Notes under the pieces: model-generated
Told to the model about the DNA's origin: nothing
Database searches by the model: none
The model's input: only the letters and a program-made list of their open reading frames with translations
Assembly (NCBI GenBank): GCA_047495785.1
Contig: JBLDXI010000012.1
Coordinates: forward strand, 496,001 to 560,000
DNA length: 64,000 bases
Direction of reading: 5' to 3'
Origin: Lepidodermella squamata
Lineage: Eukaryota; Animalia; Gastrotricha
Position numbers and translations under genes: made by a program
Shown here: positions 36,792-50,042 of the stretch, piece by piece
Position numbering within the stretch: position 1 is the stretch's first letter
Layout of the letters: the number at the start of each line of letters is the position of its first letter

Positions 36792-37215
36792 ATGTATCAT
36801 CCACACCATCCTCAATGGCAGCCGCCACCGGGTATGTATCCAATGCCGCCGCCACAACCATTCCATATCCACCACGATCAGCATGAACACCATGGTCATC
36901 ACGATCACCACGATCACCATGGGCCCGGTTTTGGTCCCTATGGACCTGGTTTTGGACCTAGCGGACCCGGTTTTGGACCTAGTGGACCCGGTTTTGGACC
37001 TAATGGACCCGGCTTTCCGCCTCCTCCACCTTTTGGGATGCCGCCTCCTGGTCAAACTGTCGTAGTACCGCCACCTGTGTTCGTCCAGGAGCATCATCAC
37101 CATGGTAACTAATTATGATTATTTTGTTCAAAAAATCATCAGACATTTCACTTGTCATTCAGGCTTGTTCGGTGGAGCTTTACATGATTTCATTCATGGT
37201 CACCATCCGCATTGA
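36792..37215 (+). CDS. His/Pro/Gly-rich small protein H3 (exons 36792-37104, 37163-37215), divergent relative of H1/H2
   Basis: His tract and GPGFGP[YSN] repeats. The spliced C-terminus HHHHGLFGGALHDFIHGHHPH* aligns with the H1/H2 motif. Confidence 0.72.
36921..37017 (+). repeat. Coding 21-bp tandem repeat (about 4.5 copies) encoding GPGFGP[Y/S/S/N]
   Basis: Units of the ggaccyggttttggwccy-nnn type are directly visible. Confidence 0.85.
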
Positions 37216-37406
37216 AACTGCCCGACTAAACCGAATTTCTGACTTATTCCAGAGTACTTTTCATCTTTTTGTCATAAATTGTAACTCGACATGGCTTGCT
37301 TGGAAATAATTCAAATAAAAAAGTGCACGTAATTCGTGATTTATTAATTGAAAAAAGCCGATTAAAATGCGAATCGACAATAGCAATAGGAATGTTTGTA
37401 GAAGTT

Positions 37407-37989
37407 CTACAGGTAATAGGGCGGTTTGTTGACTTTGACGCCCCGTTCGGAGAGCGCTGCTTCGAGATGCTCCATAGTCAGCGTCAGCTTGTTTGCCTGG
37501 GCTGCAGCACCAGCCTTCGCCGCACCGGCCCCAGTCGCTCCACCGGGAGCTTTCGCCGCCTGAGAAACACGGCAATGAGCAAGAGCGTCGTTCGCAATAT
37601 CAGCAACAAATTTTTGAGCGGCCAAAGAAACCAGGCGAGTTCTGCAAAATCAGAAAAATTAGACAAATTCTACCTTAAGAACATTTAATTTCACATTTTG
37701 GGATCGTTGCACTCGAATCCAGCTTGTTGCAAATAGAAATTTGAAACAGAATCGGGAATCTAAAATAATATAATCTTAAGATAAAAAATGAGGCATCTCA
37801 AGTATATCTTACAGTGGACTTGTAATCTTCGACTCGAGCGACAAATTCGCTCATAGACGTTGTTTGAGGTGGCTGCTGAAATCTGGCCTGCATCCCAGGC
37901 TGAGGCGTGCCCGTTGAAGACGAATCCATCATTTCACCTGGGTGGCCCATTGAAGGACTAGGGTGGGCAATAGAGCGCGGTTCGGCCAT
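37407..37989 (-). CDS. TAF10: TFIID subunit 10; three exons
   Basis: EDYKST|IPDSVSNFYLQQAGFECNDP, RLVSLAAQKFVADIANDAL, LTLTMEHL..AL.E.GV.V.KPPYY. Confidence 0.95.
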
Positions 37990-40090
37990 TTCAAATGAAT
38001 ACTCAACTTAAACACCTACTTTAGACATAAAAACCACTTTTTTCAACTCCGCGAATGAAGTCAAGAACGCGCTATTGTTCCACGGTTGAATGAAGTGAAC
38101 ATGCACCCGATATTCTTTAGTATTTTTTAATCACATCGAGAATTTTGAATCATTGTTGGTTTGTTATTTCGAGCTTTCTTGTTAGCTTTCTTTCTCAAGT
38201 TCAAGTGGCTAAGTACACAAGTTTTTCTCGATTTTAAACCACTTCAGACTAGAATTATACGTGTTGTCATAAAAGTTATTAAGTAAGATGGCATATTTAT
38301 TTTTTGGTAAGATATTTAGCGCGTGACAATTGCATCTTTTTCCGCGATATTTTTTCGCACCAAACACGGCTGCTAACCACAGCGAGCGATGGCGCACTTA
38401 CGCTACTCAACACGGGTGCATTTTCAAAGCGGAACCGGTAAAAAGCGGCCATCAGGTGTTTTGAACTGAAATATATAGTGCCTCGGCCGGAATCGCAGGT
38501 ACACGCCGAAGACATAAACCTATGTATATACCACACTGGTACCGGCCTTAATTTCACGTCGGTATTATTTCAACTTTGCACACACACTTTTTGTCGTCAC
38601 GCTAAAAATAAATATTCAAGCGGCGCGCGCTATTCGCCACCTACAGCCAAAATAATGCGGTAATAGTCGCAAAACGGGCTGCAGCTCAACAGATTCAGAG
38701 AGAGAGAGGCAGTAAAATGAGATACGAAATATCGCATTGCATAAAAAGCTTGTTGGCCGGCGTAAATTTTTACCAGGCGGCAACGGCGGCGGCGATATAC
38801 ACAAGCGAGCGCGAAAAAGAAACCATAGGTGTGTACATAATATTATTATGAGTAAAAACACAACATAACACAAAACCGCGCCGTCAACAACAAACATTCA
38901 AAAACCGTAATACTATCAGCAATACCTGTGGTACCACTTTGTGCCTTTTTACTATTACTAACACCATCATCATCATCATCAAAAAAGTCTGCGACTTTTC
39001 GTGGCGCCAAAATTTATATACGGCTTTTTGACTACTTATACACAGCCGCTCTATTTAGTTATAAATAATATCATCAGCTCTTGAAATAAATGCTTCATTC
39101 AAGGCATATCAATAATATGCGAATCTCAAACTAAGCGTAACGGACAATTCACCGCCGCCGTATCGTCAGATCCAGCAGCCGATTACTAAACACGATCGAG
39201 TACCACGCATGAGCAGAATTTAACGACTTTTTTGCGGCAAAAATTCGCAGGTAAATAGCGCCGTTCATTTTACATTGCAATTTCGGTATAATTACTAACA
39301 AGCAAGGCACGAATTTCATAAAGCCTGCGGACACGCCTATAGTAATATTTTTGGAATATTACCATTGAATTTACTATATTATTTTAAATACCCAAGTTTT
39401 GTGGATAATGATGACTTTTCTGCACGCGATTTCGTTCTAAAGAAGAAACCCAATATTTTCAAACAACGCAGCACGACTCAGGACGAGCAGGAAAATGAGC
39501 AGCAAGTAATACACTTAGCTACATCCCCAGCTTAGTAATCATCCATTTTATCCATCTCACTCAGCTTTAATATACTAAATTAAAACTAAACTAACACATG
39601 TCTTAGCGTAGACGTGAGTGCAATTTTTTACTAAAAATCATCAGCCAATATCCGTGTTTTATTTAAAGTTAATAGTGAGGATCTGGCTTAATTAAACAGT
39701 AGCCAATTTCGTTAGTTATTCCGATGAAATCCCATAGAATTCAATATCAACCACGCTTTTTCATCATATTTCGCTATGATTTATTTTTTAATGAACTGCC
39801 GAATATTATTTAGTAAAAAAAAACACGAAAATCGCGATTGGTTTTTTTACCCCAAGAGATTATGATTTTTCACAGCTGAATAGTAAAACTTTGCATTGGT
39901 GCACTGATAGTTTAAATGAAATCCCGATCAAATAGAATAGAACCTTTCTATTACCCGACTAACTTCAATTTACACATAGAATTAGCATTATTCGGGTTCT
40001 GGTCAATTGTTGTTACATTTTTCTTTTTCGCTATATACAAGCATCTATTGGCGAAGTGTTATTAAAATCCGACAACCAGCTCGGCGAAAA

Positions 40091-42376
40091 ATGATCGCGA
40101 CCCCGGCCGCCACGTCGCCGCCGCCGCCTGTCAACCTTGAACACGTCACGCTCAAGAAGTAAGCTTCACTTTTGTAAAAATCTATTAAGGCGGATCTATT
40201 CACGACAATGCACGACTGACCAGTAATTTAGCGAGTCAGCGCGAATTCTACCAAAATCTCGAGATTTGACCGCGAGTGATGCGCCGTAAATCTTGACACT
40301 TTCAAGCCGCGCAACGTGTCCTCGCTATTAGAACCGCGAAAGCGCGCGATGAGGAGGTGCGAAGTAATGCATACACATGTTGATGTGTTCTAATTCTCGA
40401 CGTCGATGATGATAAAGCGCTCTCGGGACAAACAGCGCTCTAGATTTAACTACGCCGAGACTGCAAGTGTTGTTTGGCGCAAACATTTAAACTAGCACGC
40501 AGCTTGTCCAGCAATTACCGACGCTTTCAGATGGTGGTGGCGCGCCGACTTTTACTGCCTAGTGACCTTTCAAAATAAACAGCTCACTTTAATTTTCACA
40601 CATTTTAATGCACCTCTCCTCTTCCCTGCCTGAACGCGCCAAAGTATCTGCTGATAAAAACAGATTTTAGCCCGCTTTTCGTCACTTAGTCAAGATAAAA
40701 ACTGCTGCTTATCTATTGTTACCACCGGCTCTAAAAATGTCGCTGTCGCCGTCGCCTGACCAGCTGTGCAGCAATTACCACAGCATTCGTGGGATATTTC
40801 TCGGCCTCAACGGCAGCAAAAACGTAGGGGCGGAGTGGCTTTATCGCGATAATACCGTCCATTTCGCATCAAACCGGCTCAAAAAAGATTACATCAACAT
40901 TTGCGAGTATGCATTACTTCTATACGAGTATAAGTATACCTACTCAATAAAACCCCAAGTGCTATTATTTTTCAAATCCTAGTGCTGATTACAAATTCCA
41001 ATTACCTTACTATATCATAGAGAAAATTCTTTGTTTTTTCTTTATCGCTTGATTTTTCTATCCGTTATTTTAACTGGTTTTTTTTCCTGAAATCAGAGTT
41101 CCGCTATTAACAGCTGAAACTTCGATTGACGATCCAAACGACTCAATCCGCACGAGGCTATCTTGCGAACCTGCTGAACAGCAATTTGCCGCTTACGACA
41201 TGTCCGCAGACACTACTTCCCTGCCGAAGGTTCACCTTTACATCAAAGGCAGCCATAATTTGAGATCAGTCGATGGCTCCCTCTTCTGCCACGTCATCCA
41301 CCTCTACCTGCGAGCGAAAAAGACCGGTAAATGCCTTTCAGGTGGTCAATTCATAATTTACGAGTTTTTTTACGATTTCAAGACAGTAACTTCGACCTCG
41401 ACATATGCCTGGTAAACACTAATAAAATTCCCGACGAAATTAAGAAGGACTACACCGGTCGCCTGCCCGCCATCCGGCTGTGTGATAACACGTGGGTGGA
41501 TGATGTCGACGAGATTACCAAGGTCATCGAAGATCGGTACCCCGAGCCACCTATGGTTACGGATCGCACGGATGATTTGATCGAGGTAGATATCAATTCA
41601 ATCGAATTTTTCGGGTTTTTTAGATAAATTTTTTCAGATGTCGTCTGATGTTATGAGGAAATTCGTTCATTTTCTTCAATTCGACGATCGCACTCATTTA
41701 GTTGAGGAGCTGCGGAAACTCGAGCAATTCCTAGGTGCTAGAAGCGTTAGTTTACATCAAACAAAAGACTTTTGAGTTACCTATCATTTTTTTCAAGAAT
41801 CGGACACGATTCCTCAGTCACGATCGAGTGATGGTCGAGGTAACTTACTTTTTTACTTTGAAAACTGAGACTTACCTGGGAAATCTGCTAGGATTGTTTT
41901 ATGCTACCCAAATTGCTTCAAGTGATGATTGCTGGCAAGGTCTTGAAGAACTTCGAACTGCCAGAAGATTTTGTTCAGTTGAAGCAGTACCTAACAAACG
42001 CTATTGACGCCGCCCAGTTCGTCGCAACTCGTCCTTCGCAAGCAGTGAGTGCTCGAAAAATATTTATCATTAACAGCGAATCTAATGTATTAACTGAAAA
42101 AATTAGGAAATTGTCTTGCGCTGGTGTACAAAAACGAAGTCGGACGTGAATACGCTGATGAAAGAGAACGAGTCATTCCGATCACTGGCGAAGACTGTTA
42201 CAATGATCGGAACTCTCGCGCTCCGGCAAAAGAAACACAGACCCGGCATCAATGCCGAGGACACGGCCCCTGCCCGCGAAGTGCACACATTTTCAGGCGC
42301 TAACATGCACACCACAATATCGTACAGCTTCACAGACTATGGCGGCCGGGTCAGAACGCGGAATGCTAACCAATAA
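40091..42376 (+). CDS. Divergent chloride intracellular channel (CLIC/GST-fold)-like protein; multi-exon, first exon uncertain (common exon starts at 41097)
   Basis: VHLYIKG...DGSLFCHVIHLYL, LPAI, IEDRYPEPP, TRFLSHDRV..DCFMLPKLLQVMIAGK..KNFELPEDF..L.QYL.NA....F..TRP...EI. Confidence 0.7.
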
Positions 42377-43002
42377 ACTGAAAGTCCTTAATTATTACTG
42401 AATGATGTTATTCTTCGGATAAAGTCAGCCGGTATAATATTTCAGCTTGAATTTTTTAAACATTATACCTGCATTATTGCTTCGAAGTGATTCGCATTAC
42501 GCCCTAGTTTGATCTTTGATCTTTTATTCGATTTTTTTCCGAAACACGCTTACTACACAGAGCACTTATTATAGCAAAACATGCCACTAAAAATCAGATA
42601 ATTATTTTGTTGATGTGTTTTTGGCGAAAATTTGATCTCTCGTGCGCTGATGAGGATCGCTTGGTGAAAATAGAGATAGTTTATTTGGAAAAATTTAATC
42701 ACGCCTTACATCATTATACTTACTACTACCTATATAAACGCATCCTTGTAAAATATGCAAAGCCGCCATTAAACGATGAGGTATCGACAATAAAACTGCA
42801 AAGTCTCTTCGAAAAAGTGTCACAGACGATTCGTTTATTTGCAAGAAAAGAAGTCCCTCGCATTCGGCTGTACATGAGAGAAATACGCTCCGCAGATAGA
42901 AGAACATTATTGGTATTAATAAAAAGAACTCAACAATTATAATACAGTGACTTATAGACATGAGTGAGCGTAGTTACTTATAATGGCGGCATATTCGAAG
43001 GA

Positions 43003-44957
43003 CTATAACACTTTACGGCCTTCGATGGAGAATTGGACGAAAGACGGAGCCGCGTGGCGTTTTCTAGCACCGGCTGATTTCTCCTTCAGATTTCGCGCGT
43101 GCTTTTCATAACGGGATATTTCCGGTTTTCGTGAAACTTTTGGAGCCTCGGTCACATTCCATTCCGGTTTCACGACGTAATCCTTCCGAGATAATTGCGG
43201 CACTCTCGCGCGATAAATCCATCCAGGATCACCAGGACGCTTTGCTACTGGTTGTTGAGGCTCTTGGGAGGTAGACGCAACTGGCCTGAAAAATAATAGC
43301 GTTAAAAGGGAAAGGAATAGTCTTAAGAGCCGCTTGCCCCATGCGTCGCTTTTTCTCCTCCAGTTTCTCCATCTCTATCTGTTCTCGCTCATCTCGACCG
43401 GCGTTCGAGTTGAGATTGAAAATTCCACGCGCCCATTCATCTAAATAAACGGTTAAACAATGAGGAAACATGACTTAGCAGTCTCATCTTACTGATCATT
43501 TTGCGAGCTACAGTTTTGTTCGCCCGAATTTCCTTCGGGTGTTTGCATAGAATCATGATGGCCTTTCCCAGGCCACTATCTTTCAGTTGGTCGTTGTTGA
43601 GCGCTGGAAATTGCTGAATGGCTCTCAGTAATTCCGAGCGTATTTTAATATTCGGAAGAGAGCCATCGGGGAGAGGAAGCAACCAGTCAGTGATAGCACC
43701 GAGAATGCCATTGTCAAACATAGATGGTTGAAAATCAACGCTATTGAAATGAGAATAAATGAAAATTAGATAGTTCAAATCGTTTATACAATGACTTACT
43801 TTGAAATAAGATCGACAGCTTCTTGGAGGAGTAGCAGCTTCTTGCAAGCCAAATCACCCCTTTGAGCAAGTTCGCGATCTTCCTGTAAAGATTTGATTTG
43901 AATGATGGAAGTAATAAAGACCTTTATAGCGTTACCTCCGCAGCCTTGGCCATTTTAGCAACAAGCTGCACGGCAATTTCATCGGCGTCATGCACAATAT
44001 CATCAACCCCGGCATCCATGGCTTCCCGCTCTTCCGCATCCAAGTTGCCAACGCTAACAACTTTATAACCACTTCGCATTCCCCTCGAACGCTTTCGACG
44101 GCGGCGTTGCTCTTCTCGTCGCTTATTCATAAGTTTGTCAAAATCAGATTCGCCCGGCCCACCAAGCCCAAGTGAAGGGCCGGCCTCGTCACTGGTTTTC
44201 GAAGTCTCATCGTGGATTTCTCGTCGCTTTTCAGCGAATTTAACTTTGACCCTGTGTCGAGGAGCCTCGTCGTCGCCAGAATCATCCGAGTCTCTATTCT
44301 CTGCCTCCTTGAATCCCTCGAATTCTTCGGCTTCTTCATCCTCACCAAAAATATCAGCAATGATATCTTCAACGTCATGTCTACGAAACTCGCGTTAATA
44401 TATCAACACGCCAAGAATAATTACTTACTCTCCCTTTTCCGGCCCGTCAGTCACAACTTCCTCGGTTTGAGCTTCAACTTCATCGTCTTCCACGTTGGCT
44501 GATCACAGGGAAAAGACAAAGAAATTACATTAACTGTGATGCCCAATGGCGAATCTTGTACCATCAGACGCAGCGTCCTGGTCAGGGGAGGCAGGAGCAT
44601 CAGGAGACTGCGGCCCATCTTCTTCGTCAGATTCTTCATCTGAATCTACAACACGACGTTTTCTATAAAATTCAATAATGCCTTATGTGCTTTAAAAGGC
44701 GACGTAAAATACTTTGAAGGAACGGCCTTATCCCGACTATTCCCTTCGGACGGCGAAGCTGGAGGCTCGTAGTTGGGTGAATGGGGCTCGTAAACATCCT
44801 GCTCGTTTTCACCAGAGCCAGAGCCAGATGGCTGTGCAGAGTCTTCGTTGCTATAAGCCGGACCAGGATTGTAATCGGCGTCATCTTCATCTGTAAGCGG
44901 ATTTCATGTACTAGATCAATCCATCAAAAGATCAATCAAACCTGACGAATGGCTCAT
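43003..44957 (-). CDS. IWS1: IWS1/Spn1 transcription elongation factor; spliced
   Basis: Acidic N-terminus; ITDWLLPLPDGSLPNIKIRSELL, LKDSGLGKAIMILCKHPKE, EWARGIF, RARVPQLSRKDYVVKPEW, SIEGRK. Confidence 0.92.
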
Positions 44958-45875
44958 TTCAAAGGAAGCAGCTGAAGCTGAAGTATTTGAGTTCTAATCA
45001 GTCTATTATCAAGGCACAAATATTTGTATCATCAACATCATCAGGAAAAATGTGTATCACGGGTATCGAAAGTGCGATTGATAAGAACGGTTGCGCACTA
45101 AGAAGATACGGCGCCACAGAGAAAAAATCAGATAAGTATCGTCGCAATACCTATCCCATGTAGTAGCAAATTGACATGCAATATTTAAGATTGAATATTG
45201 AATGGAATTTAGCGTTCAATCCATCTTCCTAGGTTCATCAGCGAATTGAGTTTACCTACAAATCTCGCATGAGGGTGCTAATGGGGACTGATGAAGAACG
45301 AAATACACTCCGAAAGTTCTCCGCCGCCTTTTTCTATGTGAGGAAAGGAGGATAACCTCAGACGTTCCGATGGCTATGGTAGACCACGTCAGCACGAGTA
45401 TATAGTATATATGCGCCGATGGCTCTCCGTTCACGCCTCTGTATCCCACTTCGTTCTGCTTTGAAGTTAAGATTTGCGCCATTTTGAGCACTTTACCCGC
45501 TGCTTAGAAGGATGAAGGATTTCAAGTATTTTCCTCTGCGAGTTCAGTGGTTGAATAGTGAGTGCAACGAGTGTGGCCGGCAATATCCTCCGGAAGAACA
45601 ACGAAACGACGTCAGGTGGTAACCAGTAACCAGTATGGCGAGTACCGGCGAATATGTAATTCAGGGAGGCGAAGGAGAGTAATTAATAATAAAATCTCAA
45701 GAAGAGCGTTAACTTTTCTTCAATGTTGTTAAGCGCTAAAAAGGAGGACTTTTGCATTATCAAAAAGATTACGATGAACCCTGAGTTATCCGTCTGTGGG
45801 GGTTAAACCATGACGACGGGGAAACCATCAGCTTCGCTGCAACACAACAACTCAGCTCGTCAAAAACCGAGAAAT

Positions 45876-46297
45876 TTTTTCTGCCTAAAATTAGGCAGAA
45901 TTTTCCGCTATAGCTTTTTCTGCCTAAAATTTCGCTATGTAGCGGAAGGCCCCAGAAACGATGCCAATGATCATTTTAATTGTATTGATCCATTTATTTG
46001 TCAAAAAACGTATTATAATCAAAAATAAATAAAATATAGAAAGATAATGACTAAAGATGCTGCGCTAAGACAGGCTAAGTACTACGCTTTACGTGTGACG
46101 TGTAACCGCCTTATTATGGGCGCCAATGATGAATTATTCACGGATTTAGCCATTTAGGTTAGTTATTATTGCAAGATAGACAAGAAAATTCAATTTTGAA
46201 GGCATTTTGTGGGGTTTTACGCGATTCAAGCGCCTACTTACCATTTTAGGCAGAAAAAGCTATAGCGGAAAATTCTGCCTAATTTTAGGCAGAAAAA
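45876..46297. mobile_element. MITE-like element with 55-bp perfect inverted repeats
   Basis: 45876-45930 (tttttctgcctaaaattaggcagaattttccgctatagctttttctgcctaaaat) is the reverse complement of 46243-46297. The interior is AT-rich and apparently non-coding. Confidence 0.75.
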
Positions 46298-47313
46298 GGC
46301 TAACCGTCAAAAACTGGTCACCAAAATATTTCGAGATGATGACTTCCCGCGTAAACCCATATGTACATGATATTTTATTTTAGATGCGTGTTAATTACAT
46401 TTGATATATAAATTTATTTTTAACATCAATATTAGCAAAAGTATGTTGCTGATGGCAACGGTTTAATGTTAGAAAGCGCGGGCTCTCGCTGATGTGGAAG
46501 ATCTCTCTTATAGTAAGTGGCAAATCGGGCGCGTGACACCATCGTAGCCATCATCATCGTGAAGCCAAACCGCGTCAGCCTAACGTTATCGTCAATAATT
46601 ACCTTAACTCAAACAAGTTTTCTTTTTTTGGAGTTGTAAAGTCCGAAACTGAGCTTTTAGACGGGCTATTAGTTTTTAACTGCTATTTTTTAGTAGCAGA
46701 ACTCAGATGTGTGCCCGTTTTTTCACACAATGAAACAATAAATTTGTAAAAAATTTCCTTTGAACAGTTAAATGTACCTTAGTTTCTCTTAAACAGTTGG
46801 CTATGTTGTTTCTTGTTTCACGAAGCCTGTCAAACTACTTTTTGTCTAATGATTGAGAAATTAAAATGACTTTTATAATCTTTCCTCTGCCTAATAGTTT
46901 TATTTGCTTACCGTATTTGTTCCAATAGTAGTCCATTCACTAATAATCGCCCATCGCTAATTGTAGACCAGGGTTGAGGGGTCAAGTCGGTTCGGAAACT
47001 TAGAAAATGAACGATTCACCAAAAATTATTTTAAAAATTTTCAAAATTTAGAGGTTGACACTTTGGTAGCCCGGGCTGCTATAGGAACAAATACGGTATA
47101 TACTAAGAACGGCGCATAGGCTTGAAAACTTTATGCTGAACCGCCGTGCTTGTCCTATCCATCTTATTGATTGTTGTCTCTTATTCGTGAATGATGAATG
47201 ATACCGCCGACAATGTTATGTGCGTGAGTATCAATTAACAGCTTCCATAAGCGACTATTCTCACTGGCTAGGTGGTTTATCATCCTGTATTTCGTATTTC
47301 GCTGTGATTACAA

Positions 47314-49920
47314 ATGGCTCTTCAAAATTCCGATTACGATGGAACCGCTTTGAAAAGGTTGGTTGAAGAGAAAGAGAAAGAGTGGCGACAACTAGCGGAA
47401 CTACGCGCCGAGCGGGCCGAGATGGAGCTGGAAAGAGTACGTACCGAGCTTCAAGCAGAGAGAGAAAAACTCGACAAAGTTAAGGCTGATTTTTCTTATA
47501 ACTTGCGACTGCTTGCCGATCGGGATTCCGATCTTGATTCGGCTGAAAAAAGCTTGGAAGCCTTGCAATCAACGCTTATCGAAAAAGAAAGAGAGCTCAG
47601 CGAGATTCGAGCAAAGTTCGACGCATATCTTACCGAGAGGGAGAAAGATCGCAAAATTCACGCGGAGCAATTGGAACACTTACGGCAAGAGTATGAGAAG
47701 CAAGCGAAAAAGCAATACGCTGATCTCACCGCTCAGCAGTCCGCGTTGAAAGTTGCGAAAGAACATTTAGAAACACGCCTCCAAGAGGTTGAATCAAACT
47801 ATTTGTTCACGCGTCGTCAGCTTGAAGATGGTTTCCAGCAGGAGCTTGAGCGGAATCGCAAGCAGTGTGATTCTCAGATAGACGAAATACGAGCAGAACT
47901 GGCCGCTGCTACTACCGAGAGCCGACTACTCGCACGTGAACTAGAAATGTCACGAGACGCTGAGCGTAAGAAACGGGCAGAACTTGCTGCTGCCGAGAAA
48001 TCTCTGGAAGATGCATCGCGTCATATAAAGCAGCTAGAATGGAGCTTGGCCGACAAATCAGCGCTGACACAGGTTGATATGAAAGAATTACAGCAGAGGT
48101 TTGAAAGCATTCAAAATGAAAGAGAAGCCGAAAGAGTTCAATTCGAAAACCGCCTAGCTCAGCTGAACCGGGATCTCGCTGAAAAAGTAATGCTCTTAGA
48201 AAGAATGCAACGATCACGTTATGAGGATGCTGGTGAGGCTGGTAAGCGGATTGGCGAATTGCAGGGCGAAGTTGCTCGCCTGCGCGCGAGTGCTGAGAAA
48301 CAAATGACACTGGAGGACGAGTTGCGCGCCGAGCGCGAAAGCGCTAGTAGTTGTCGCCTCCAACTGCAGCAATGCGAAACGCAAATAATGTCGCTAAGCG
48401 AAGCTAATGCTAAACTAGAGGCCTCCATTCAGCAGGTTAAAACTGGACAAAATGACGAGGGTTATAAAAGAGAAATCGCCGCTGCCAGAGATAGAGCATC
48501 TCGAGCTGAAGAGCAATGTCGGAGGTAAGTAATTCGAGCTAGCTCGTATGATGGTTGCAATGTTCAATTTTTCAGATTAGAGCAACAGAACGGAGTTTTA
48601 AAGGAAGCCGTTCGGCAAATGAAGTCAGAAGTGGAAATGATTTTGCAATCTGGAAAGCCGGTCAATCAGCCGGCGCCTGATACCAAATCAGTACCAACAG
48701 CTTCGAAGCAATCGCAAACAGAAGCTCATCATAATAACTTGTTTGACGACTCACTCATGGAAGAAAATGCGCCGCAAGATGTTGAATTACCCCGAGATCC
48801 AAGGGTGAAACAATACGTAGACTCTTTGGTTCGCAGAACCTCGTCTCTTCAGCACCGCTGTTCCGAGTTAGTGGCCGAAGGTCGCCGACAGCAGATCAAA
48901 GCTGAATCAGCCGCTGCCCAGCTCGAATCAGCCGAAAGCGACTGCCAAAGGCTGCGATCTGCGTTGGAACATGCCCGCTACGAGCTGTCAGCTGAGCGTT
49001 CTCGGTTCGAAGGCGATAAATTGGCATCGAAAAAGCAAATCGCTGATCTTGAAGAACGCCTAGCGGAAGCTAGAGCTGTTGCTGATGAATTCCACGCAGA
49101 AGCAAATAATGCTAACTCGGAATTGGGCGATCTTAGGAGGCGACTGGCTAGCAAAGAACTCGCTCAAAAATCTAGCTCTTCCGGAGTTGGTTTCGGTGGC
49201 CAGGTTTTTCCCTAAAATCAGCTTTAATTCCAGAGCTTCAAATTCTGTTTTTAGGAGCTTTACATCCAGCAACTAGAAGACCAACTGAAAGAATTTGCTA
49301 CAAGAGCAAAACCTCAGGATTCTGTTGAAGCAACGGCTCGATTAAAACGTGCCATAGCAATCATTGTTCAACTGCAAAAAGACAAAATGCGGCTGTTAGA
49401 TTTGGCTGCCAGATTGCGTGCCACGGCTGAGGATTATCGCATTCAATTGGATTCCTTTGAAGCGAATTCGAAGAAAATACCCTCCAACAGCTCAGCCGAT
49501 AACGGACCACCGTTATCGACTCGGTCGAATCTGAGGCCGCAGAATCAGTTGGATAAGATCGAGACAATGGCTTACGAACAAATGCGTGAAAAGCTTGCAA
49601 ACCAAATGGCTGGTCGACAAACCAGCGATTATGATCAAGAATTGGCCGATTTGTCGACTTCGTTTCCGAATAGCGAAGCTATTCATGAATTGTTACAGCA
49701 GATTGATAACGCCGCTCCAGAAGCACAGATTCCTTCAGCAAGATCTCAATCTAGCCGATCACCATCTCGCACTCGAGTAGTTAATTCTTACTCGGCTAAA
49801 AGCCCAAAGCCTGTTGCTAAAACCAATGTGCGCCCCGTTTCGGCGCGTGTTTGGTTACACGAGGCTTCCCCATCGAAAATAAGCTCAAACCGAACCTCAG
49901 TTCGAGCCAAGCCCAAGTAA
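47314..49920 (+). CDS. CCDC57: Coiled-coil centrosomal protein CCDC57-like; three exons
   Basis: KEKEWRQL and DFSYNLRLLADRDSDL N-terminal signatures, LEQQNGVLKEAVRQMKSEVE, and a long coiled coil. Confidence 0.8.
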
Positions 49921-50042
49921 CATGAAATCTCTGTTTATATTGAAATTGTTGCCGATGCTCAACCAACCCACCATGATTTTTATATTATTGCTCAAATAAT
50001 TTTGACATTCGCACTTTTTATCAATAAATTTATGAATTTCGA

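Noticed and set aside
45252-45690. ORF 45252-45491 (minus) and a 36-codon plus-strand frame containing CNEC
   Set aside because: Short, with no supportable homology or gene model.
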